Shown here piece by piece: positions 1-9,883 of a stretch of DNA of 64,000 nt. The translations under genes and the position numbers were made by a program. The DNA is taken from positions 4,622 through 68,621 of the forward strand of contig JAPLOW010000063.1 in the NCBI GenBank assembly GCA_026400555.1. The letters run 5' to 3'. The notes beneath the pieces were generated by a model that saw only the letters and a list, made by a program, of their open reading frames with translations, had not been told where the DNA came from and searched no databases. Every line of letters starts with the position of its first letter. The stretch's first letter is position 1. The DNA is from Hyphomicrobiales bacterium (GTDB lineage Bacteria; Pseudomonadota; Alphaproteobacteria; Rhizobiales; Beijerinckiaceae).

Positions 1-692
1 CTGCACGTGGTGACCGCCTTCGCTGCCGACGCGCGCCTCGTGCTTGGCCAGAAGGCAGTCGCGGGCGAGGGCAACGAGATTACGGCCGCGCGCGAACTCC
101 TCGGCCTGATCGATTGTCGGGGCGCGCTCGTGACCGCCGACGCGATCCACTGCAACGCGCCGACGGCGCTGAAGGACGTCAAGGATGACCTCGCCGACCC
201 GGCCGCCGTCGTCGCCGAGCGCCACGAGACGGTGGACGCCGATCACGGCCGCGTCGAGATGCGCCGCCATGGCGTCATCCACGAGGTCGACTGGCTATTC
301 GCCGGCCGGCCCGACAAGGACCATCCCGCCATGCCCGGCCTGAAAAGCATCGCCTTGGTCGGGGCGATCGTCGAGCGCGACGGCAAAACCATCCGCTCGA
401 CCCGCTACTATCTCTCCTCCGCGCGCCTCTCGGCCGAGACCTTCGCCAGGGCCGCCCGCACCCATTGGGGCATCGAGAACCGGCTACACCGGGTGCTCGA
501 CACTGCCTTCGACGAGGATCAAAACCGCGCCCGAAAGGATAACGCGGCCGAAAACCTCGCCACGATCCGAAAAATCGCTCTCAACGTCCTCAAGACCGCA
601 AGGCCCGACATCTCCATCAGGCGCAAACGAAAACGCTTCGGATGGTCCGACGCTTTCGCAAGAACCGTCATCGGCCAAATGCGATAGCCCTG
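1..692 (+). mobile_element. ISAs1-family insertion sequence, 3' part, truncated by the window edge; transposase probably carries an internal in-frame deletion
   Basis: ORF 7..687 has ISAs1 (DDE) motifs LHVVTAF, NEI, VTADAIHC, DHGRVEMR, RYYLSS, HWGIEN, LDTAFDED and NLATIRKIALN. It ends in GCGATAGCCCTG (reverse complement CAGGGC...), the usual ISAs1 terminus. The segment resembling 'ADYLLALKGNQ' is missing near nt 168. Confidence 0.85.
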
Positions 693-711
693 GCCAAAGG
701 ACTGACGCGCC

Positions 712-740
712 TTGACGGGCTGGTGAAGTTGCGCCATAGA
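712..740 (+). promoter_or_regulatory. Putative sigma70-type promoter of rpmB
   Basis: TTGACG-N17-CATAGA about 100 nt upstream of the rpmB ATG. Confidence 0.45.
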
Positions 741-837
741 CCGGGGCATGAAAGATTGTCCGGCTCTTGCTGGCCGATGCGTGATGCGCATCGGCAGTTT
801 TGTTTGAGGGTCGCGAAAGACGAGAAGGACGAAAACC

Positions 838-1125
838 ATGTCGCGCCGCTGCGAACTGACGGGCAAGGGTGTGCAGGTCGGCCACCTGGTAAGCCACTCC
901 AACATCAAGACCAAGGCCCGGTTCCTGCCGAACCTGGTCAAGGTGACCCTCACCTCGGACGCGCTCGGTCGTTCGGTGCGCATGCGCATTTCGGCCAACG
1001 CCCTGCGCTCGGTGGATCACCGTGGCGGTCTGGACGCCTTCCTCATCAAGGCAAGCAATGACGAGCTGTCGACCGGCGCCCTCGCGCTAAAGCGCGATCT
1101 GCAGAAGAAGCTGGCTGCCGGCTGA
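838..1125 (+). CDS. rpmB: 50S ribosomal protein L28
   Basis: [33 protein letters not shown]... is a typical L28 sequence; AAGGA RBS upstream. Confidence 0.97.
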   Translation: MSRRCELTGKGVQVGHLVSHSNIKTKARFLPNLVKVTLTSDALGRSVRMRISANALRSVDHRGGLDAFLIKASNDELSTGALALKRDLQKKLAAG

Positions 1126-1151
1126 AACTTCGCCTTCCCTTGCGCTTACAC

Positions 1152-1177
1152 AAGCGGCCCTTACGGGCCGCTTTTTT
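1152..1177 (+). terminator. Rho-independent terminator after rpmB
   Basis: AAGCGGCCC-TTAC-GGGCCGCTT stem-loop followed by a T run. Confidence 0.85.
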
Positions 1178-1200
1178 GTTGGGCACGCAAGTGAAGGCCT

Positions 1201-2232
1201 CTAGTCCGCGCCCGGAAGCAGCCCGAATTCGAGCAGCATCGTGCGCTGCAGCGCCGAGAAATTGTCCTCGGAGATCATGGTGACCATGGTGCGCGCACCG
1301 TCGCGATGGACCGAAAGCCCTTCCATGTTGTCGATCTCATGGGCAAGGTCGGCCTCGAACAGCAGCCGGCCCTGCAGCAGCGCCCCGGCCACCAGCGTGC
1401 GGCCATCCACCCGCTTCAGCCTTGCGCCGACGCCCCGCCACGGCCTATACCAGCGTTCCAGCACCAGCATGTCGCCGCCGGGCAGGAAGGCCAGGTCCGT
1501 GACCTCGTAACCGTCGCTGAGCTGGTAGCGGAACAGGCCGGGGGCCGGCCCGCCGACGATGAAGCCGGCTGTCGGCTCACTGTGCTCGCCGGACCGTTCC
1601 GCTATCGCCACGATGGCGCCGGCGACCGGACTGGCCGGCGGCGCAACGCCGACGGCCTCGAGGCTGCGGTTGGCCGGCAGACGCCTCGCTTCGGGCGGCA
1701 ACGGGACGGGCTGGCCGCGCGCCATGACGCCGCGCCGCCCCCAGTCAAAGCGCAGGATCTCATGCGTGCGCTCGACACCGACATAGGCGATGCCGTTGTC
1801 GATGCACAGCGCCTCGGTGTCATAGGAGCGCGTCCGGGACAGCGCACGGCCCGACGCATTCAGCATTGGCGCCATCACCGCATCGGCCAGTCCGGCAAGG
1901 GCGCCGTCCTCGCGTTCGACGCGCGCCATCAGCCAGTGCGCGTTGTCGGTGATGGCGATGAGGTGCGCGCCATCCGCACTGCGTGACAGGCCTGAAAAGC
2001 CGCCGAACGCCTTGTTGGACGAAGACAGCACCAATCCGCCGCGAAACGTCAGCGCGCCGAAGCGCAGCTGATCCGGATTTCTCGCCATGAAGGACCGGAT
2101 CGGCTGGCTACGGACCGCGATGGTTTCGCTGTCCAGCGTGTCGAGCCCCGGCCGCGCTGCGGCGTTGCGCCCACACAGGGCCGAAAGCCCGCCGACGCTA
2201 AGGCCGAGCGCCTCGCGGCGCGTCAGCCTCAC
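1201..2232 (-). CDS. Esterase-like activity of phytase family protein with Tat signal
   Basis: N-terminal RREALG Tat motif; FGGFSGL, DTEAL and IDNMEGL...ISEDNFS motifs; start overlaps the cobT stop. Confidence 0.8.
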   Translation of the reverse strand: MRLTRREALGLSVGGLSALCGRNAAARPGLDTLDSETIAVRSQPIRSFMARNPDQLRFGALTFRGGLVLSSSNKAFGGFSGLSRSADGAHLIAITDNAHWLMARVEREDGALAGLADAVMAPMLNASGRALSRTRSYDTEALCIDNGIAYVGVERTHEILRFDWGRRGVMARGQPVPLPPEARRLPANRSLEAVGVAPPASPVAGAIVAIAERSGEHSEPTAGFIVGGPAPGLFRYQLSDGYEVTDLAFLPGGDMLVLERWYRPWRGVGARLKRVDGRTLVAGALLQGRLLFEADLAHEIDNMEGLSVHRDGARTMVTMISEDNFSALQRTMLLEFGLLPGAD

Positions 2233-4142
2233 TGCGGTCTCCGGCCAGCCCTTGCAGGCCCGCCCGCACCGCGTATGCCTCCGACCTGGTTGTCCTCGAA
2301 CAATTCGGCCAGCTTCTCGGTCATCACGCCCCCCAGTTCCTCGGCGTCGACGATCGTGACCGCGCGTTTGTAGTAGCGCGTCACATCGTGGCCGATGCCG
2401 ATGGCAATCAGTTCGACCGGAGAGCGGTTCTCGATCTCGCCGATGACATGGCGCAAGTGCTTTTCGAGGTAGTTGCCAGCGTTGACCGACAGCGTTGAGT
2501 CGTCCACCGGCGCGCCGTCCGAGATCACCATCAGGATCTTGCGCTGCTCAGGGCGCACCAGAAGCCGCTTGTGGGCCCAGTCGAGCGCCTCCCCGTCGAT
2601 GTTTTCCTTGAGGAGCCCCTCGCGCATCATCAGGCCAAGATTCTTGCGGGCCCGCCGCCAGGGCGCGTCCGCCGACTTGTAGATGATGTGGCGCAGGTCA
2701 TTGAGGCGGCCTGGCGTGGCCGGTTTGCCGGCCTGCAGCCAGGCCTCGCGGCTCTGCCCGCCCTTCCACGCCTTGGTGGTGAAGCCGAGAATCTCCACCT
2801 TGACCCCGCAGCGCTCGAGCGTGCGGGCGAGGATGTCGCCGCAGGTGGCTGCCACCGTGATCGGCCGGCCGCGCATCGAACCGGAATTGTCGATCAGCAG
2901 CGACACCACCGTATCGCGGAAATTGGTGTCCTGTTCGCGCTTGAACGACAGCGGCTGATAAGGGTCGATGATGATGCGCGTCAGACGGGCCGGGTCGAGC
3001 GCGCCTTCCTCGAGGTCGAACTCCCAGGAACGGTTCTGCTGCGCCATCAGCCGACGCTGAAGCCGGTTGGCGAGGCGCGCCACCACGCCCTGCAGATTGG
3101 CCAGCTGCTTGTCGAGATAGGCCCGCAGCCGCGCCAGTTCCTCGGCGTCGCATAACTCCTCCGCCTCGATCACCTCGTCATGCTTGTTGGTGTAGGCCTT
3201 GTAGTCGGGACCCTTGTGCTCATTGGCGCGCATGTCGCGCTGGCGCGGTGCGTCCCCGGCTTCCTCGGAGTCGGCCTGATCATCCTCCTCGCGCCAGTCG
3301 CCGGACGGGGCATCAGCTGCTTCGGAAGCGCCCTCCTCCATCTCGTCGGAGGCATCCTGGCTGACGTCGACCTCGGCCTGCTGGCCCTGGCTCTGCTCCT
3401 CGGCTTCGCCTTCGTCCTGCTCCTGCTGGTCCTGTTCGTCCTGATTCTCGTCGTTGCTCTCGTCATCATCGGGGCTCGACGTCATCTCGTCCGCCATGTC
3501 GAGCGAAGCGAGCAGATCGCGCACGGCGCGGGCGAAGCCGCGCTGGTCCTCGATAGCGCCGGTGAGGGCGTCAAGCTCGCGGCCGGCCTTGTCCTCGATG
3601 TGGTCGCGCCAGAGATCGACGATGCGCTGTGCCGAGGGCGGCGGCTTCAGCCCTGTCAGCTTCTCGCGCACCATCAGCGCAACAGCATCCTCGACCGGCG
3701 CGTCGGCCCGGTCAGTGATGTCCTCGTAGCGCGCGCCGCGGTGATACTTGTCCTCCAGCATCGCGCCGATGTTGCCTGCCACGCCTTCCATGCGCCGCGA
3801 GCCGATGGCCTCGACGCGGGCCTGCTCGACGGCCTCGTAGACGGCGCGCGCGCCGTCGCCCTCGGGCATCATCTTCCGGTGCACTGCGGCGTCGTGGCAG
3901 GCCATGCGCAGCGCCATCGAATCGGCATGCCCGCGCAGGATCGCCACATCGGCGGCCGTCAGCTTGCGCGGCGGCTCGGGCAGACGGGCCCGCCCCGGAA
4001 TCAGAGACGGCTTGTCGGCGGCGAACACCACCTCAAGCTCTGGCTGGCGTGCGATCGCCTTCAGGCATGAGGTCACCGCCCGCTTCAGTGGCTCGGTCGG
4101 GGCCTCCTTGGGCTGGCCGGGCTTGCGATTGGAGAGGGTCAT
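2229..4142 (-). CDS. cobT: Cobaltochelatase subunit CobT
   Basis: Acidic D/E linker followed by a vWA domain ([28 protein letters not shown]). Confidence 0.95.
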   Translation of the reverse strand: MTLSNRKPGQPKEAPTEPLKRAVTSCLKAIARQPELEVVFAADKPSLIPGRARLPEPPRKLTAADVAILRGHADSMALRMACHDAAVHRKMMPEGDGARAVYEAVEQARVEAIGSRRMEGVAGNIGAMLEDKYHRGARYEDITDRADAPVEDAVALMVREKLTGLKPPPSAQRIVDLWRDHIEDKAGRELDALTGAIEDQRGFARAVRDLLASLDMADEMTSSPDDDESNDENQDEQDQQEQDEGEAEEQSQGQQAEVDVSQDASDEMEEGASEAADAPSGDWREEDDQADSEEAGDAPRQRDMRANEHKGPDYKAYTNKHDEVIEAEELCDAEELARLRAYLDKQLANLQGVVARLANRLQRRLMAQQNRSWEFDLEEGALDPARLTRIIIDPYQPLSFKREQDTNFRDTVVSLLIDNSGSMRGRPITVAATCGDILARTLERCGVKVEILGFTTKAWKGGQSREAWLQAGKPATPGRLNDLRHIIYKSADAPWRRARKNLGLMMREGLLKENIDGEALDWAHKRLLVRPEQRKILMVISDGAPVDDSTLSVNAGNYLEKHLRHVIGEIENRSPVELIAIGIGHDVTRYYKRAVTIVDAEELGGVMTEKLAELFEDNQVGGIRGAGGPARAGRRPQ

Positions 4143-4158
4143 CGGCGCCTTGTCCTGA

Positions 4159-4569
4159 TCAAAACCGCTTCATGAGGATGCAGCAGGCATGGCCGGTCGG
4201 ATAGTCGGGAATTTCCGCGATGACGCTGTAGCCGCAGCGTTCGTAGAAGGGACGAGCCTGCCAGCCGTGGGTGTTGAGATGAACGCCACGGGCACCAAGC
4301 TTCAGTGCATGGGCCTCAACTGCTGCCATCACCTCAGTTCCAAGATCTTGCCCGCGCAGGCTGTCATCGATCCACAACAGATCCACATAGACCCAGCCAT
4401 GCCAGAACCGGGCCGTCGCGCCGCCCTTGATAACGCCGCCATCGCGCACGCTGACGGCAAAGGCCTTGGTCTTTCCATCGCCGACCTTCGCCCGGTTGTA
4501 AGCCGTCAGGCCGGCGGCGATGACCCTCCTGGCTGGGCCAAGCTGCTTCTCAACTTGAACCGTGGCCAT
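4159..4569 (-). CDS. GNAT family N-acetyltransferase
   Basis: [13 protein letters not shown] (acetyl-CoA binding motif A) and [11 protein letters not shown]. Confidence 0.85.
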   Translation of the reverse strand: MATVQVEKQLGPARRVIAAGLTAYNRAKVGDGKTKAFAVSVRDGGVIKGGATARFWHGWVYVDLLWIDDSLRGQDLGTEVMAAVEAHALKLGARGVHLNTHGWQARPFYERCGYSVIAEIPDYPTGHACCILMKRF

Positions 4570-4578
4570 CCGAGACCC

Positions 4579-5565
4579 TCAGCTCAGCGCCACATTCACG
4601 GCGCTCTCGGGCAACTCCTTGCCGAAGCAGCGCTGGTAGAATTCCGCCACCAGCGTGCGCTCCAACTCGTCGCATTTGTTAAGGAAGGTCAGGCGGAAGG
4701 CGAAGCCCACATCCTGGAAGATGTCGGCATTCTCGCTCCAGGTGATCACCGTGCGCGGGCTCATGACAGTGGAGAGGTCGCCGTTCATGAAGGCGTTGCG
4801 GGTCAGGTCGGCCACGCGCACCATCTTGTTGACGATGTCCTTGCCTTCGGGCTTGCCCTTGTAGTGCGGCGACTTGGCCAGGACGATGTCGACCTCGTTG
4901 TCATGCGGCAGGTAGTTTAGCGTGGTGACGATCGACCAGCGGTCCATCTGGCCCTGGTTGATCTGCTGGGTGCCGTGATAGAGGCCGGACGTGTCGCCGA
5001 GGCCGACGGTGTTGGCCGTGGCGAACAGGCGGAAGGCCGGGTGCGGGCGGATGACGCGCTTCTGGTCGAGCAGCGTCAGCTTGCCGCTCTGCTCGAGCAC
5101 GCGCTGGATCACGAACATCACGTCCGGGCGGCCGGCGTCGTACTCGTCGAAGACCAGTGCGATGTTGTTCTGCAGCGCCCAGGGCAGGATGCCGTCCTGA
5201 AACTCGGTGACCTGCTTGCCGTCCTTCAGGACGATCGCGTCCTTGCCGACCATGTCGAGGCGCGAGACATGGCTGTCGAGATTGATGCGCACGCAAGGCC
5301 AGTTGAGCCGCGCCGCGACCTGTTCGATATGGGTCGACTTTCCGGTGCCGTGGTAGCCCGAGATCATCACGCGGCGGTTGCGCGAAAAGCCAGCGAGAAT
5401 GGCCAGCGTGGTCTGCCGATCGAAGCGGTAGTCCGGATCGAGGTCCGGCACATGGGCTTCGCTTTTCGAATAGGCCGGAACCTCGATATCCGCATCAATC
5501 CCGAACAGCTGGCGCACCGACACCGTCATGTCGGGCAGGCCTGTGGTGTAGTCCGTCGTCGTCAT
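4579..5565 (-). CDS. cobS: Cobaltochelatase subunit CobS (AAA+ ATPase)
   Basis: Walker [25 protein letters not shown]; ATG at 5565 with GGAGAG RBS. Confidence 0.95.
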   Translation of the reverse strand: MTTTDYTTGLPDMTVSVRQLFGIDADIEVPAYSKSEAHVPDLDPDYRFDRQTTLAILAGFSRNRRVMISGYHGTGKSTHIEQVAARLNWPCVRINLDSHVSRLDMVGKDAIVLKDGKQVTEFQDGILPWALQNNIALVFDEYDAGRPDVMFVIQRVLEQSGKLTLLDQKRVIRPHPAFRLFATANTVGLGDTSGLYHGTQQINQGQMDRWSIVTTLNYLPHDNEVDIVLAKSPHYKGKPEGKDIVNKMVRVADLTRNAFMNGDLSTVMSPRTVITWSENADIFQDVGFAFRLTFLNKCDELERTLVAEFYQRCFGKELPESAVNVALS

Positions 5566-5785
5566 CAGAATTCTCTCCGGGCAGGCGCTCAGGTCTTGTG
5601 CCCCGCCAGCACGCCACGGGGTGCATGCAAGGAGACTGCCATCACGGCTTGACGCGGGACGGCGTGACACCCCCCGCAGCCCTGTTCCTTAACCACTTCA
5701 GCTTGGGGCGGCAATCGCTCAAGCGCCAAGTCGGGATTGCACGCGCTGCAACGGAGTCGCAGCCCGCCTGCGATCCGGCCTGGGC

Positions 5786-6748
5786 TCAGTCCTTCAGGAC
5801 AAGCTTGTACTTCTCGATCTCGGCCAGCACGAAACTGGCCATGAAGGCCGGCGTCTGCTCGTCGGCGGTCGGAACGGCGGTGTCGATCTCCGCGAAACGC
5901 GTCCTGACAAGCTGGCTGCCAACCGCTGTCTGCAGGGCGCGTTGTAGACGTGCCACGATCGGCTGCGCCGTCCCTGCCGGCACCATGATCGCGTTCCAAC
6001 CCTGCGCCTGGAAAGCCGGCACGCCCGCCTCCTGCGCGGTCGGCACAGAGGGCAGGTTGGGCAGGCGCGTCGGCGAGGACACCACAAGGCCCTTGACCTG
6101 ACCGCCCTGGATCGTCTGCGCCACCGATGTGGCGTTGTCGCAGACCATGTCGATCTGCCCGGCCACCAGATCCTGCAGCGCGGGACCTGCACCACGATAG
6201 CCGATCAGCGACACCTCGACGCCTGCCGCCTTGAGGAAGCTCTTGCAGATAATGAAATTCGACGAGCCGACCCCGGCATGTCCAACCGTGACCTTGCCGG
6301 GGTTCTTCTTCGCGTAGTCGATGAAGCTGGCCACGGTGTCGCCGCCGGCGAAGCCGTTCTTGACGGCGATCACCGGCGAGGTCTTGGCGACCATGCCGAC
6401 CGTGATGAAGGATTGCGGCGTGAACTTGAGGTCCGGATAGATGTGGTAAACAGCGGCGGCTGTCCCGCTGTTGCCGATCGCGATCGTGTAGCCGTCCGGC
6501 GCGGCGCGCGCGACACGGGTCATCGCCGTCGAGCCGCCGGCCCCTGGCGTGTTCTCGTTGACGATGCGCTGGCCCAGCGCCTTGCCCATTTCCTCGCCGA
6601 TCAGCCGCGCGATCACATCGGACGCCCCGCCGGCCGCGAAGGGCACGATCATCGTGACAGGGCGATTGGGATAGCTCTCGTCAGCCGCCCCCGGCGCGGT
6701 GGCCAGCGTCAGGGCGAGAACGGCAAGAGCGGGAGCAGCGAAGCGCAT
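5786..6748 (-). CDS. Bug/TctC family tripartite tricarboxylate transporter substrate-binding protein
   Basis: Signal peptide, YPNRPVTMIVPFAAGGASD, PDGYT, YRGAGPALQDLVAGQID. Confidence 0.92.
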   Translation of the reverse strand: MRFAAPALAVLALTLATAPGAADESYPNRPVTMIVPFAAGGASDVIARLIGEEMGKALGQRIVNENTPGAGGSTAMTRVARAAPDGYTIAIGNSGTAAAVYHIYPDLKFTPQSFITVGMVAKTSPVIAVKNGFAGGDTVASFIDYAKKNPGKVTVGHAGVGSSNFIICKSFLKAAGVEVSLIGYRGAGPALQDLVAGQIDMVCDNATSVAQTIQGGQVKGLVVSSPTRLPNLPSVPTAQEAGVPAFQAQGWNAIMVPAGTAQPIVARLQRALQTAVGSQLVRTRFAEIDTAVPTADEQTPAFMASFVLAEIEKYKLVLKD

Positions 6749-6835
6749 GGTTATCCTCCGGAACGTTTCTTGCCGCCGATAAAACAGGCCATTCGGGCCA
6801 TTTTCAACCGTGAAGATATGTCTGGCCTGACGGCG

Positions 6836-7456
6836 TCAGGCCCGGCCGGCGCGCTTGAGGTGGTTGTAGGCGTTGACGATCTCGGTCAGCCTGGCCTCAC
6901 GGGAGCGGTCCCCGCCATTGGCGTCGGGGTGGAAGCGTTTCACCAGTTCCTTGTAGCGCGACTTGATCTCGGCCTTGGTCGCAGCCTCCTCGAGGCCGAG
7001 CGCATCCAGCGACTTGCGCGTCGGCTCGGTCAGCTTCCGCTGCTCCTCCTCGACCTTGCGCCTTTGCTTGAACTGCGCCTCGAACAGGCCGAACAGATCC
7101 TCCGTCTGCGGCCCTTCCGTCGGCGCACGCTTGGCGCCACGCTGCGAGGCGCGCGGGTTCTTGGCGTTGGTCCCCAGCGTCCATGTCGGCCGGTGGCCGA
7201 TGGACGCATCCTTCTGGAAGGCGGCCACGGCGGCGTCGGTCATGCCGTTGAAGTAGTTGTAGGTGGCATTGTACGACTTCACATGCTCGAGGCAGAAGAA
7301 GTAGAACTGGCCCTCGTGATCGCGCCCCTTCGGCGCGCGGAACTCGCCCTTGGCCCTGCAGCCCGCATGGTCGCAGACGCGTTCCTGCGGCCGGGCTTCG
7401 GGCTCCGGCTCGCGCTTGACGCGGATGCTGTCGAACAGGGGCGAGTTGAGGTTCAT
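6836..7456 (-). CDS. J-domain (DnaJ-like) protein
   Basis: C-terminal J domain with HPD motif; N-terminal CDHAGC...FCLEHV; start set at MNLNSPLFD. Confidence 0.9.
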   Translation of the reverse strand: MNLNSPLFDSIRVKREPEPEARPQERVCDHAGCRAKGEFRAPKGRDHEGQFYFFCLEHVKSYNATYNYFNGMTDAAVAAFQKDASIGHRPTWTLGTNAKNPRASQRGAKRAPTEGPQTEDLFGLFEAQFKQRRKVEEEQRKLTEPTRKSLDALGLEEAATKAEIKSRYKELVKRFHPDANGGDRSREARLTEIVNAYNHLKRAGRA

Positions 7457-7552
7457 GCGATGATCATTAGGTCTGAGGCCGCCTCGCGGCAAGGGCGGGG
7501 CTTCCGCAGATGGGGTTTTGCTCCTGGCCATGCAATGCGGTAAGGCTCGCGT

Positions 7553-7834
7553 ATGACAGTTAAGGAACGCATTACCAACACGCTGATGACAGCGCTTGCG
7601 CCATCACATCTTGCTGTGATCGACGAAAGCGACCAGCATCGCGGCCATGGCGGCTGGCGCGAGGGCGGCGAGACGCATTTTCGGGTCGAGCTTGTCTCGG
7701 AGCAATTCCGCGGCAAATCCCGTGTCGAGCGCCACAGGATGGTCAACATGCTGCTGGCAGATGAGTTGGCGGGCCGCGTTCATGCGCTCGCCTTGAGCCT
7801 GCGCGCGCCTGACGATACGGCTCCTGATCGCTAG
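7553..7834 (+). CDS. bolA: BolA family protein
   Basis: DESDQHRGH, ETHFRV, FRGKSRVERHRMV, VHALAL. Confidence 0.93.
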   Translation: MTVKERITNTLMTALAPSHLAVIDESDQHRGHGGWREGGETHFRVELVSEQFRGKSRVERHRMVNMLLADELAGRVHALALSLRAPDDTAPDR

Positions 7835-7942
7835 AGCATGTTGCGAAAAAGTGGCAACGGTTTTTCGTTCAAAGCATGCTCAAAGGTATTGTAGTCGATC
7901 AGGCTGCGTCCAAACGATCCCGTTTCGACGCAGCCTGATCTG
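7831..7942. repeat. RIME1/Bru-RS-like double-hairpin intergenic element
   Basis: Hairpin 1: GAGCATG(7834-40)...CGAAAAA/TTTTTCG...CATGCTC(7875-81). Hairpin 2: perfect 14-bp inverted repeat GATCAGGCTGCGTC(7897-7910)/GACGCAGCCTGATC(7927-7940). It starts with CTAGAGCATG, like rhizobial RIME elements. Confidence 0.7.
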
Positions 7943-7957
7943 GAAGCGGACGCCGAC

Positions 7958-8074
7958 ATGAGTGAGGCCAGACCCGTCACCTCCCTGCTGCGCATGTCGG
8001 CTACCGCACGGCTCGGTCTGGTGGCCGGCCTTCTGCTCGTGATCTGGGCTGCGACGATCTGGGCCATCCGGTGA
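7958..8074 (+). CDS. Small 38-aa single-TM membrane protein (not in the ORF track)
   Basis: MSEARPVTSLLRMSATARLGLVAGLLLVIWAATIWAIR*; its stop overlaps the GTG start of the ABC ATPase (GTGA); GC-rich third codon positions. Confidence 0.7.
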   Translation: MSEARPVTSLLRMSATARLGLVAGLLLVIWAATIWAIR

Positions 8075-9012
8075 TCACCATGCTGGGGACCGCCACGGAA
8101 CGCGGCGCAGCGCCGTCCATCATTCTCGACGACCTGACCCTTGGCTATGATCGCCATCCGGCCGTGCATCACCTGTCCGGGCAGATCGCGCCTGGCGCGC
8201 TGCTGGCTGTCGTCGGCCCGAACGGCGCCGGCAAGTCGACCCTGATCAAGGGATTGATCGGCGAATTGAAGCCGTTGGGCGGGCGGATTTCCGGCGCGCT
8301 GGCCGGCCCCGGCAGGCGGCAGGTCAGGCTGGCCTATGTGCCACAGAAGGATGGTATTGACCTGACCTATCCGGTCTCGGTCTTCGATCTGGTGGCCATG
8401 GGCCTGTGGGAGCGGCGTGGCCTGTTCGGCGCCTTCGGACGCAGCGACACACGGGCGGTGGCGCAGGCGCTGGCTCTGGTGGGGCTGTCGGGCTTCGAGC
8501 GTCGGCCCGTTGGAACGCTTTCGGGCGGACAGTTGCAGCGGGCGCTGTTCGCGCGCGTCAGCCTGCAGGATGCGCCGGTCATCCTGCTCGACGAACCATT
8601 TTCGGCCATCGACAACGCCACCGTCGACGACCTGATGACGGTCATCCGCGGCTGGCATCGCGAGGGCCGAACGGTGGTCGCTGTCCTGCACGATCTCGCC
8701 CTGGTGAGGGCTCATTTCCCGCAGACCCTGCTGATGGCGAGACAGGCCATCGCCTGGGGACCGACAGCGCAGGTTCTGACGCCGGAAAATCTGGCCCGGT
8801 CGCGCGCCATGACCGAGGCTTTCGATGACACGGCCCCGTTCTGCGAGGTCAGCCCCGACGGCGGGCATGCCCACCCACATGGCCACGACCACGACCACGG
8901 GCACGATCACAGCGACGGCCACGCCCACGGCGACCGTCACGGGCACGCAGGCGACAAGGCTGCCGTGTCCGGCAGTCCCTCCGGGCAGGCCAAGACCCAT
9001 CCCCATGCTTGA
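8071..9012 (+). CDS. Zn/Mn ABC transporter ATP-binding protein (AztA/ZnuC-like) with His-rich C-terminal tail
   Basis: GPNGAGKS, YVPQ, LSGGQLQR, LLDEPF; C-terminal HAHPHGHDHDHGHDH tract. Confidence 0.92.
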   Translation: MITMLGTATERGAAPSIILDDLTLGYDRHPAVHHLSGQIAPGALLAVVGPNGAGKSTLIKGLIGELKPLGGRISGALAGPGRRQVRLAYVPQKDGIDLTYPVSVFDLVAMGLWERRGLFGAFGRSDTRAVAQALALVGLSGFERRPVGTLSGGQLQRALFARVSLQDAPVILLDEPFSAIDNATVDDLMTVIRGWHREGRTVVAVLHDLALVRAHFPQTLLMARQAIAWGPTAQVLTPENLARSRAMTEAFDDTAPFCEVSPDGGHAHPHGHDHDHGHDHSDGHAHGDRHGHAGDKAAVSGSPSGQAKTHPHA

Positions 9013-9871
9013 CGGCCTGTTTGCCCCTTTCGTCGAGTTCGCCTTCATGCGCCGCGCCCTTGCCGGCATTCTGGCGCTCGCCCTCTCCGGCGCGCCGCTC
9101 GGCGTCCTGCTCATGCTGCGGCGCATGTCGCTGACGGGCGATGGCCTGAGCCATGCCATTCTGCCGGGCACGGCGATCGCCTATGCCGTTTTCGGGCTGT
9201 CGCTCTGGCACATGACCCTGGGTGGCTTTCTGGCAGGGGGCGCCATCATGCTGTTGGCCGGCGTCATGGCGCGCACCACAATGCTGAAGGAAGATGCGAC
9301 GCTTGCCTCTTTCTACCTGATTTCGCTGGCGCTCGGCGTGATGATCGTTTCCTTGCGCGGCTCGAACGTGGATCTGATGCACTTCCTGTTCGGATCGGTC
9401 CTGGCCCTCGACGACGCCACCCTGCTGCTGGTGGCCGGCATCGCAAGCGTGACCCTGGTCAGCCTCGCGGTGCTCTGGCGCCCTCTGGTTCTCGATGGCC
9501 TTGATCCGGGCTTCCTGCGCACGGTCAGCCGCTCGGGAGCACCGGCCTACTTCGGTTTCATGATCCTTCTGGTGCTCAATCTGGTCGCAGGCTTCCATGC
9601 GCTCGGCACGCTGCTCGCGGTCGGTTTTCTGGTTCTGCCGGCGGTGACGGCCCGCTTCTGGGCGCGCGACCTCAGCGCCATGGTGCTGATCGCCGGGCTC
9701 GTCGCCCTGGGCGGCGGCCTGGCAGGACTCCTTGTGTCCTATCACGCCAGCGTGCCGAGCGGACCAGCGATGATCCTGGCTCTGGGTCTGGTCTTTGCGG
9801 CCTCTGTCTTTGTCGGTCCGGTCGGAAGCGTGCTCGCCACCCATCGCGCCGGTCGTCATCGCACCGGCTGA
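9005..9871 (+). CDS. Zn/Mn ABC transporter permease (AztB/ZnuB-like)
   Basis: FMRRAL, RRMSLTGDGLSHAILPG, DLMHFLFGSVL; ATG at 9005 overlaps the ATPase end. Confidence 0.92.
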   Translation: MLDGLFAPFVEFAFMRRALAGILALALSGAPLGVLLMLRRMSLTGDGLSHAILPGTAIAYAVFGLSLWHMTLGGFLAGGAIMLLAGVMARTTMLKEDATLASFYLISLALGVMIVSLRGSNVDLMHFLFGSVLALDDATLLLVAGIASVTLVSLAVLWRPLVLDGLDPGFLRTVSRSGAPAYFGFMILLVLNLVAGFHALGTLLAVGFLVLPAVTARFWARDLSAMVLIAGLVALGGGLAGLLVSYHASVPSGPAMILALGLVFAASVFVGPVGSVLATHRAGRHRTG

Positions 9872-9883
9872 GGCCGGGACCTG

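Noticed and set aside
5566-5786. Cobalamin riboswitch upstream of cobS
   Set aside because: No B12-box or GGGAA...GCCCCCGCAACTGT core is recognisable.
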